From positions 62,001 through 94,735 of the forward strand of contig JAYUUN010000090.1 of the NCBI GenBank assembly GCA_043754535.1: a stretch of DNA of 32,735 nucleotides. Direction: 5' to 3'. Under the pieces are notes generated by a model. It was not told where the DNA came from. It saw only the letters and a program-made list of their open reading frames with translations, and did not search any database. Shown in pieces: positions 7,332 to 14,322 of this stretch. Origin of the DNA: Chloroflexota bacterium. Its GTDB lineage: Bacteria > Chloroflexota > Chloroflexia > QHBQ01. Each line of letters starts with the position of its first letter. Within the stretch, counting starts at the first letter, position 1. The translations under genes and the position numbers were made by a program.

Positions 7332-7973
7332 TTAAAAGCGCGAGAGGACGAGCAGAGCGACGCTAAAACCAACCGCTACACCACAGATCACCTGGGCTGG
7401 AGTGTGCGCCCGCATAGCTATGCGCGCCCAGCCAACCAGCGGGATCAGCAGGAGGACAGGCACGGCGTAAGGGCCGAGCAGCCAGAGGGTAGTAATCACG
7501 GCACTGGTTGTGGCAGCGGCATGGAAGCTAATCTTCCAAAAGATCGTCACCCCAGCCAGCAGCACTGTGGTCAGCAGGGTACCGTAGACGAGCTTGAGCA
7601 TGGTCGTTTCTGTGCCGCTAAAACTGAGCAGTAGGAGGGTAACGATAGCACTGAGCAGCGAGACGAATAGGGGCTTGGCTCGCTGATTACGTTGCGAGAT
7701 GTGCAGGTCGCTGATCGTCCCGCGCTGTACCTGTGCAACAATATAGGTGGCTGGCACCACCACCAGCCCCACCAGGGCAAGTAGCAGGTGGAAGAAGCCG
7801 AGGCTGAGTGACTGTTCACGCAGGGCTGCCACAAAAAGTAGCGGGACGGCAACTACCAGGGGGTTGATTAGGTTCGAGACGTGGCGGGCCAAAAGCGGCG
7901 GGGCGGCTGGTCTGGTCACTACTAGAGCTGCTACCCTTACCTTCGCCCTGGTGTCCTTGCTTATCTGGTCCAA
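7332..7973 (-). CDS. PAP2-like (phosphoesterase PA-phosphatase related) membrane protein
   Basis: About 6 hydrophobic helices, WKISFH and WARIAMRAHTPAQV motifs. Start probably TTG 7973 after GAGGAG (track start 8036). Confidence 0.75.
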   Translation of the reverse strand: MDQISKDTRAKVRVAALVVTRPAAPPLLARHVSNLINPLVVAVPLLFVAALREQSLSLGFFHLLLALVGLVVVPATYIVAQVQRGTISDLHISQRNQRAKPLFVSLLSAIVTLLLLSFSGTETTMLKLVYGTLLTTVLLAGVTIFWKISFHAAATTSAVITTLWLLGPYAVPVLLLIPLVGWARIAMRAHTPAQVICGVAVGFSVALLVLSRF

Positions 7974-8036
7974 AATGCGCTCCTCTCCAATTTGCCAACT
8001 ACCAATATAGTACAATATGCCCTTCAGCTCAGCCAC

Positions 8037-8062
8037 AAAAAATCAGCCTGCGAACAGGCTGA
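8037..8062 (-). terminator. Rho-independent terminator downstream of the acidic protein gene
   Basis: TCAGCCTG-TTCG-CAGGCTGA-TTTTTT. Confidence 0.8.
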
Positions 8063-8207
8063 CAGCGATCACGATGCCGAGGCAAGAGCCAACGGAGCGG
8101 AGTAGGGCTAGAGAGATCAGCAACAAGGCTACAGCGGTGGTTAATGGTCTGCATTGCTACTTCCTCCAAGACTGGGTTGGGCGGAGAGGATGTAGCGCAC
8201 AAGGAAG

Positions 8208-8474
8208 CTAGGCCACTTCTTCCTCGTCCAACTCATCATCTTCTTCCTCGTCGAGGTCTTCGTCATCATCCTCATCATCGAGGTCGTCTTCGTCATCATC
8301 AAGGTCTTCGTCATCATCCTCATCATCGAGGTCGTCTTCGTCATCATCATCTTCGTCGTCTTCGAGGTCGTCGTCTTCGTCGAGGTCTTCGAGGTCTTCG
8401 TCAGCCAACTCCTCATCGGCGAAGCTAACAGGTTGCAGAATCTCCTCGGTCTCCAGTACGGTAGCAGTGGTCAT
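8208..8474 (-). CDS. 88-aa poly-Asp/Glu low-complexity protein
   Basis: AAGGAGG RBS before ATG 8474, its own strong promoter and terminator. 60/88 residues are D/E and there is no K, R or H. Confidence 0.75.
   Translation of the reverse strand: MTTATVLETEEILQPVSFADEELADEDLEDLDEDDDLEDDEDDDDEDDLDDEDDDEDLDDDEDDLDDEDDDEDLDEEEDDELDEEEVA
8254..8349. repeat. Perfect 2 x 48-bp tandem duplication within the acidic ORF
   Basis: 8254-8301 is identical to 8302-8349 and in frame (16 aa). Confidence 0.9.
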
Positions 8475-8544
8475 TACAACCTCCTTGAGTTTTGGGCGGC
8501 TTATTGCCGTTCTGGGGCCATCGCGTTCCGACGCGCCCAAAAGC

Positions 8545-8573
8545 ATTATAGCACGCTCACCCAGTGCTGTAAA
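8545..8573 (-). promoter_or_regulatory. Sigma70 promoter TTTACA-17-TATAAT with extended -10 TG
   Basis: Minus strand reads TTTACAGCACTGGGTGAGCGTGCTATAAT. Confidence 0.75.
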
Positions 8574-8608
8574 CAAGCAGTTTGCCACTTGCCAACCGCC
8601 GGAGCGGG

Positions 8609-8758
8609 GGGCAGCGGGCGTGGAGGACACGCCCGCTACCCAAATTGCAGAGGATGTTTGTGGGGAGGTAGAGGGGTTGGTCGGAGATGTGGCTGTTGCC
8701 AGCGTTAGTCAATTGTAAAGGTCAGCCAATGCTTCTTGCGGAAGCACCAACTGACCTT
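8609..8758 (-). ncRNA. Candidate structured small RNA downstream of the Pho-box array
   Basis: Two long hairpins (8718-8758 and 8609-8641) flank a C-rich single strand. No ORF with an RBS. Confidence 0.35.
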
Positions 8759-8823
8759 ATTCTAACCGTCCTATATTAAGTGGCGGTTAATTGTGGGTTA
8801 AGATAGGTTTAACGTCTGTTTAA
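8759..8823 (-). promoter_or_regulatory. Pho-box-like array (five TTAA units, 11-bp period) plus -10 TAGAAT
   Basis: TTAAAC-N5-TTAAAC-N5-TTAACC-N5-TTAACC-N5-TTAATA-N9-TAGAAT, adjacent to phoR/pstS-like genes. Confidence 0.7.
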
Positions 8824-10520
8824 CGTTCGTCAGTAGCAGTAGGGCGGGGGCGGCCCTGCTCTGCTGGCGTATCGGTCGGCGGGGCTGGTGTGTCGGTTGG
8901 CAGTGGGGTGCTGGTCAATGTCGCGGGCGGGGCTGTATTGGTTGGTAGGGCTGTGTTGGTTGGTAGAGGCGTGCTGGTTGCTACGTTCGTGTTCGTTGCT
9001 GCGGGCGCGCTGGTTGGCAGGGGCGTGTTTGCGGCGGGGGGCGTACTGGTTGCAGACAGGGAGGCGGGTGTGTTGGTTGCAGGCAGCGGAGTGTTAGTTG
9101 CAGTGGGCTGCACTGTAAGCGTCGGGCTGGCGGTGGCTGTCAATGTGCCAGCTGCAGTAAGGGTGCCAGCGGCTGTGAGCGTGCGCGTGCCTGTGATAGT
9201 GCCACTGAAGGCCGCAGTAAGGGTGATCGTGATTGTGCCGCTGATCGTGGGTGGCAACGAAGGGGTGATCGTCGGCTGAAAGCCCGCACCATAGATCGCG
9301 CCGCCATTGACGTTGAGTTGTTGCAGCAAACTATTCGCCCGGCTGAGGATGAAGGCTGGCAGCGGCACGTATTGCTGGTTAAGGTTCACTGCCTGCCCAG
9401 GGCCGAGCATCCAGCGCACTGCATTGACCAGGGCTATCGCCTTGTCCGCCTGCGGCTGGTCGCGGTAGAGCAGTACCCAGCTTAGACCGACGATGGGGTA
9501 GGCATTGTCGCCCGCCATGTTGCTGAGGTCAACCTCCAGGTTGTTTGGCACGCTTTGCAGGGCAGCGAGGGCGGCCTGTACATTCTCCAGGCTGGGAGTA
9601 GTGAACAGGCCCGCCTTGTTCTCCACGTCACCGTAGGGAATGTTGGCCTGGGTTGCGTCAGCCAGCGAGAGGTAGCCCACGCTGTACTGCACATCACGCA
9701 AGCTGCTGATCATTGCGTCGCCATCGCGCACCGCCAACCCGCCACTGAAGTTGGGCTGCGGGCTGGCTCCGTAGCGGTTGGCCCAGGTGCGGTTGGTGCC
9801 GCTCAGGTAACTGCTGAGGATGAAGCTGGCTCCGCTGTAACCCTTCTCATGCAGCATCTTGATTGGCTTGTTGGGCAGTTCGACCCCAGGGTTGTCGCCA
9901 CTGATCGCCAGGTCGTTCCAGCGCACTATGCTGCCACTGAAGATGCCCGCTAGCGTGCTAGCCGAGAAGCGCAGCCTGCTGGTGAGGGTGGGAAGGTTGT
10001 AGCCAATCACCAGAGGCACTGCCGCCACTGGCACCTGCTGGATTACGCCACCGGTGCCGGTCAATGGCGGGCGTGTGGTGGCGGTCAGCGGCACTGCGGT
10101 GCTGCTCAAGACGAGGCTGCTGGCTGCCAGTAGGGTCTGTCCAGGCAGGGGGGCTTCGCTAACCGCGAAATCTGCTGCCCCTGTCTGCAACTGCCTGATC
10201 CCTTCGCCCACGTCGCTGGCATAGTAAGTGAGTTCGAGCTTGTAGTCAGTGCGGAGGCGGTTAGCGTAGGCGGTGTAGAGGGGGGCAGGCAAGCGGCTGC
10301 CCACCCCGTTCAGCTTGCTTGCCCCCCCGCTGATCAGCACGAACGGCTTGCTAGGGGTGACGGTCTGCTGGCTGGCTGGCGGTGTGCGCGGCACCAAAGT
10401 AGACTGGTTGTTGGGGACGTAGGTTGCCTTTGGTGGCGGGGGCAGCAGGTCGCAGGCGGCCAGGCTGGTCAGCAGCAGGACGAGCGACAGCATGGTGAGC
10501 AGGTTGACTGGTCTACGCAA
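8820..10520 (-). CDS. PstS-fold substrate-binding lipoprotein with degenerate phosphate site and long Pro/Thr/Ala C-terminal tail, 566 aa
   Basis: TTG start after GGAG gives MRRPVNLLTMLSLVLLLTSLAA|C (lipobox). PstS motifs PAPLY, DFAVSEAPL, IFSGSIVRWND, NPGVELP, AYPIVG. Confidence 0.85.
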   Translation of the reverse strand: MRRPVNLLTMLSLVLLLTSLAACDLLPPPPKATYVPNNQSTLVPRTPPASQQTVTPSKPFVLISGGASKLNGVGSRLPAPLYTAYANRLRTDYKLELTYYASDVGEGIRQLQTGAADFAVSEAPLPGQTLLAASSLVLSSTAVPLTATTRPPLTGTGGVIQQVPVAAVPLVIGYNLPTLTSRLRFSASTLAGIFSGSIVRWNDLAISGDNPGVELPNKPIKMLHEKGYSGASFILSSYLSGTNRTWANRYGASPQPNFSGGLAVRDGDAMISSLRDVQYSVGYLSLADATQANIPYGDVENKAGLFTTPSLENVQAALAALQSVPNNLEVDLSNMAGDNAYPIVGLSWVLLYRDQPQADKAIALVNAVRWMLGPGQAVNLNQQYVPLPAFILSRANSLLQQLNVNGGAIYGAGFQPTITPSLPPTISGTITITLTAAFSGTITGTRTLTAAGTLTAAGTLTATASPTLTVQPTATNTPLPATNTPASLSATSTPPAANTPLPTSAPAATNTNVATSTPLPTNTALPTNTAPPATLTSTPLPTDTPAPPTDTPAEQGRPRPTATDER

Positions 10521-10533
10521 AGTGGCTCTCCAA

Positions 10534-11769
10534 TCAAGTGTACATCTGTTCAAGCTGGTAGTCGGTGATCCCTTCGCGGGCAAGAGGCATGGTAAAGTGG
10601 AAGGTCGCACCAGCATCATCTTCGCTCTCGGCCCAGATGCGACCGCCCTGCCCCTCAACGATGTGGCGGGCGATTGCCAGCCCCAGGCCGGTGCCGCTCG
10701 CCACCTTCGTCTGGTCGAGCAAGGCACTACGGGCGCGGTCAACCTTGTAGAAGCGTTCGAAGACACGCTCCAAATCTTCCTGCGGGATACCAATGCCTGT
10801 GTCGGTCACGCTCACTTCCGCGAACTGGTCGTCGGCCACCCGCGCCTGGATCGTAATCTGACCACCAGGCGCAGTGAACTTGATCGCGTTCTGCACCAGG
10901 TTGCCCATCACCTGACTGAGGCGCGGCTCGTCAGCCAGCACGGTTAGCCTTGCGGGTATCGGCTCCAATACCAGGCGCAGGTCGAGTCGGGCGGCCTGTT
11001 CGTTGAAACGGCCCACTGCGGTGGCTAGCGTCTGGGCAAGGGGCAGTGGCTTTGGCTCAATCGGGGTCTGGCCCGCTTCAATACGCGCCAAGTCGAGCAG
11101 TTCGCTGACCAGGTGGGTCAGTGCGTCCAACTCCTGGTTCGCCTTGTCGAGGAAGTGGCGGGCAGAGACAATGTCATCCTCCATCTCGCCGTCTGCCGTC
11201 TCCACCAGCAGCTTGGCGGTCGCCAGCGGGGTGCGAAACTCGTGGCTGACATTGGCAACGAAATCGCGGCGCACTCGCTCTACCCGCCGCATCTCCGTGA
11301 CATCTTCCAGCACAATCAGGCCGCCAAGCGGCTGGCCCGGCTCAACCTCCAGGGCGCAGGCACTGACCTTCAAGTAGCGGTGGTTGTATGGTATGTCCAG
11401 CGCATAAAGTACCATACCCGCCGAGCCGAGCAGGGCAGTACGCAGGGCCGCATCCAGTTCGTAGTCGCGGGCAACCTCGATCAGGGAGCGACCGAGCAGG
11501 CGGCGAGGGTTGCGGTCAAGGTTGAGCATCGTTGCCGCTGCCTGATTGTAGCGGCGTACCGCAGTGCGGCTGTCGGTGACGATCACCCCGACTGGCAAGC
11601 TGTTGGCGATGTTGCGTAGTTCGTCGCGCTCCCGCTGGCAATCATCATCCAGCGGGGTGGTGACTGATGTAGTCACCACCACTGGGGCAAGCGGTCTGCG
11701 CCAGCCGACGTAGGCCGCGACGAGGGCGGCAAGCAGGGAGAGGAGCAGGAGCCAATCCAACAGCGACAT
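10534..11769 (-). CDS. phoR: PhoR-like sensor histidine kinase (1 TM, PAS, HisKA, HATPase), 411 aa
   Basis: RRDFVANVSHEFRTPL, NLVQNAIKF, DTGIGI, FERFYKVDRARS, GTGLGLAI. ATG at 11769. Confidence 0.82.
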   Translation of the reverse strand: MSLLDWLLLLSLLAALVAAYVGWRRPLAPVVVTTSVTTPLDDDCQRERDELRNIANSLPVGVIVTDSRTAVRRYNQAAATMLNLDRNPRRLLGRSLIEVARDYELDAALRTALLGSAGMVLYALDIPYNHRYLKVSACALEVEPGQPLGGLIVLEDVTEMRRVERVRRDFVANVSHEFRTPLATAKLLVETADGEMEDDIVSARHFLDKANQELDALTHLVSELLDLARIEAGQTPIEPKPLPLAQTLATAVGRFNEQAARLDLRLVLEPIPARLTVLADEPRLSQVMGNLVQNAIKFTAPGGQITIQARVADDQFAEVSVTDTGIGIPQEDLERVFERFYKVDRARSALLDQTKVASGTGLGLAIARHIVEGQGGRIWAESEDDAGATFHFTMPLAREGITDYQLEQMYT

Positions 11770-11913
11770 GGTTGAGCCTTCTGTGCTATAATCAAACATG
11801 ATCAGACGGCAAATTGTAGCACAAGGGCGCGTTCGATAGCAAGCAATTGGCGATAAAGCAACATGGCGGGTGGATAGCAACGGGCTGGCTGGCGACGCAA
11901 GGAGGCAACACCG

Positions 11914-12618
11914 ATGGCGACGGATACGGGCAAGCGGAGCATGGTGCAACAGGTTATCACCCAGGAGCGAGCGGCCCTACCCTTGCGCTTTGACTTCTCG
12001 CATTGGGGTTGGAAGTGGCTCTACCTGGCCGCCTTTCTGCTCGACCTCGGCCTGCTAGTCGTCCTGATGTTGGCGGGCAGCCAGCCGTTGGTTGAGGCCC
12101 TCGGCAAGGTACCCTGGGTGCTATGGTGGTTCTCGATGATCGGGGCGATGATCGTGCTGACGGGTATCCTGATTTGGGAGGATGGCTACCTGCACCGCCA
12201 GCCACGCCCGCTCTTTCTCGGCGTGTTCTACGTGCTAGGGTCAGTCTGGTTGTTTGTCTACTACTTGCTCTGCGCCAAGCCAGCCGACCACCGCCCGGTG
12301 CAAGAGTTCACCGCTGCCCGCAATATCGCTGCTGGCACCGCCGCCGTGATGCTCGTCCTCACCATCTACACCGCCTTCAGCAGCCCCTTCAGCGCGATGT
12401 TCGCCAACTTTGATCGCTACCCCGGCAACATCTACTATGTATTGGACACCTTCTTCCTCATCTTTTTCAGCACCCCTCTACTTTGGGCTGATGCACGGCG
12501 GCGTGGTATCGCCGCGCCCTGGCTCTACACTCTGCTACTCTGGCTGTTGGGGCCGTTTGGCTGGTGGTACTGGTTCTGGCAGCGACCAGCACTGCTGCTA
12601 GTCGGGGTGGCTGGGTAG
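11914..12618 (+). CDS. Multi-pass membrane protein of unknown function with two similar halves (DUF2834/DUF1475-like)
   Basis: AAGGAGG RBS. Hydrophobic helices with a repeated pattern (LIWEDG...VLGSVWLFVYY and LLWADARRRG...LLGPFGWWYW). Confidence 0.65.
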   Translation: MATDTGKRSMVQQVITQERAALPLRFDFSHWGWKWLYLAAFLLDLGLLVVLMLAGSQPLVEALGKVPWVLWWFSMIGAMIVLTGILIWEDGYLHRQPRPLFLGVFYVLGSVWLFVYYLLCAKPADHRPVQEFTAARNIAAGTAAVMLVLTIYTAFSSPFSAMFANFDRYPGNIYYVLDTFFLIFFSTPLLWADARRRGIAAPWLYTLLLWLLGPFGWWYWFWQRPALLLVGVAG

Positions 12619-12642
12619 TACCAATTAGCTACTCTCGCGGGC

Positions 12643-12671
12643 TTGCCTCCTGGCAGACAAGTGGCTAAAAT
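12643..12671 (+). promoter_or_regulatory. Sigma70-like promoter TTGCCT-17-TAAAAT for the secreted-protein operon
   Basis: Correct spacing, about 50 nt upstream of the GGAGG-preceded ATG 12721. Confidence 0.5.
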
Positions 12672-12720
12672 GTGTGTACTGGATCAAGGTTGATCGATAG
12701 CGCAGCTTACTGGAGGTATC

Positions 12721-14301
12721 ATGCCAAGCCGCAATACTCGTCTTCTTCCTCTGTTTACCCTGCTCACCCTACTTGCCCTGGGCCTACCACAGGTGCAGGC
12801 CCAGGCCAGCCCCAACCCCGCCGCCGTCAGTAGCAGGCGCGTCCTTGCCTTCTACTATCTTTGGTACGAGACGAGTGACTGGGCGAAGCCGCTGAGCGCG
12901 AACCCTGCTGCCAGCTACTCCTCTGGCGACCGCGCCACTATCGAGCGGCAGGTGAATGAGGCGAAGGCAGCAGGCATAGATACCCTGGTCGCCAACTGGT
13001 GGGGGCAGGATGGCAGGGTAGACCCGCGCTTCGGCACGCTGCTGGAAGTGGCGGCGGCGAAGGGGGTTACAGTCGCCTGCCTCTACGAGGTGGGCATGGG
13101 TGGGCCGGGCAATGCAGCCAGTAATCTCGCCTACCTGCGCGACACCTATCAGTCCTCGGCGGCTTACCTGAAGGAGGGTGGCAAGGCGGTCGTCTTCTTC
13201 TACGGGCAGGCAGCAGCAGGTGAAGCGGGGACGTGGGGAGCGATCCGCCAGCAGGTTGACCCACAGAGCAGCCAACTTTGGATCGCTGAGGGCGACAAGG
13301 GACAGACCACCCGCTGGCTGGGCGTGTTCAACGGCCTCTACCCCTTCAGTGCCAACTACTGGGCTGGGCCAACCCGTGACGGCTTTGCCCGCGAGGATGG
13401 CCGAATGCGCGACGCGGTCAAACGAGAGGGGGAGGACAGGCTGTTCGTTGCCGCCGTGCAGCCGGGCTACGACGACACGCGCATGACAGACCGCAGCCGC
13501 CACTACCGCAACGAGCGTAACGGTGGCGAATACTTCAGGGCCAGCTTCGGCGGGGCGATTGACGCAAACCCCGACTGGATCGTGGTCGCCACCTACAATG
13601 AGTGGTTCGAGGGAACCCAGATCGAGCCAGACAGCAGAGAGGGTCGCCTCTACCTGGAGATCAGCGGACAGTACGCCGCCCAGTACAAGGGGGTTGCCCC
13701 ACCGCCAGTGCCACCAGCCCCACCTACCAACCCACCAGCGATCCCCCCACTCAACGGCTGTAGTGGCAGGCTGTTCAGCGAGACCAACCATTGCCTGACT
13801 GGCTACTTCAAGAGCTATTGGGAGAAGAACGGCGGCCTGGCCCAGTTTGGCTTCCCGATCACCGATGCAACCAACGAGGTGAATCGCACTGACGGTCACA
13901 CCTACCGCACCCAGTGGTTTGAGCGCGCCCGCTTCGAGGAACACCCAGAGTACGGTGATGGCACTGTACTGCTCGGCTTCCTGGGTCGGGACGCAGCAGA
14001 GCGTAGCGGGGTTGCCCGCACGGCCCCCTTCCAACCAACCAGCGGCAAGGGCGGGGCTGACTTCTATCCCCAAAGCGGCCACAACCTTGGCAGTGGCTTC
14101 CGCGAATACTGGCGCGCAAATGGCAGCCTCAATATGTACGGCTACCCGATCAGCGAGGAGTTTGTAGAGACCCTGGGCGGCAAACCTTTCATCGTGCAAT
14201 ACTTTGAGCGCGCTCGCTTCGAGTTGCACATGGAGAACGCTGGCACCCCTTACGTGATCCTGCTCGGCGCACTTGGCAATCTACTACACACCACACCTTA
14301 A
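12721..14301 (+). CDS. Secreted GH99/GH71-like glycoside hydrolase with Pro linker and two Chloroflexota-type C-terminal repeats
   Basis: Signal peptide, AFYYLWYE, YSSGD, AGID...WWG, catalytic YNEWFEGTQIEP, then GGLAQFGFPI...FERARFE repeats. Confidence 0.85.
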   Translation: MPSRNTRLLPLFTLLTLLALGLPQVQAQASPNPAAVSSRRVLAFYYLWYETSDWAKPLSANPAASYSSGDRATIERQVNEAKAAGIDTLVANWWGQDGRVDPRFGTLLEVAAAKGVTVACLYEVGMGGPGNAASNLAYLRDTYQSSAAYLKEGGKAVVFFYGQAAAGEAGTWGAIRQQVDPQSSQLWIAEGDKGQTTRWLGVFNGLYPFSANYWAGPTRDGFAREDGRMRDAVKREGEDRLFVAAVQPGYDDTRMTDRSRHYRNERNGGEYFRASFGGAIDANPDWIVVATYNEWFEGTQIEPDSREGRLYLEISGQYAAQYKGVAPPPVPPAPPTNPPAIPPLNGCSGRLFSETNHCLTGYFKSYWEKNGGLAQFGFPITDATNEVNRTDGHTYRTQWFERARFEEHPEYGDGTVLLGFLGRDAAERSGVARTAPFQPTSGKGGADFYPQSGHNLGSGFREYWRANGSLNMYGYPISEEFVETLGGKPFIVQYFERARFELHMENAGTPYVILLGALGNLLHTTP

Positions 14302-14322
14302 CGGTAAGGGGGTTGCAACGAT

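Noticed and set aside
8029..8154. 41-aa minus-strand ORF (MQTINHRCSL...) with a GGAGG RBS after the acidic gene
   Set aside because: It runs through the intrinsic terminator, has no recognisable features, and its RBS sits in a predicted hairpin. A hydrophobic alternative frame lacks a good start. Not supportable as a gene.
8254..8349. Tandem repeat considered as a CRISPR array
   Set aside because: No unique spacers, it lies in frame within a coding sequence, and there are no cas genes.
8141..8428. Alternative-frame ORFs rich in M/T/K or H/R over the acidic gene
   Set aside because: By-products of the GAY/GAR codon repeats. Only the D/E frame has an RBS and promoter.
10521..10793. N-terminal extensions of track ORFs (PstS 657 aa; also ANT 333 aa, ClbS 243 aa, PhoR 471 aa, ArsC 169 aa)
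   Set aside because: They overlap neighbouring genes or promoters. Downstream starts have RBSs and match the family N-termini.
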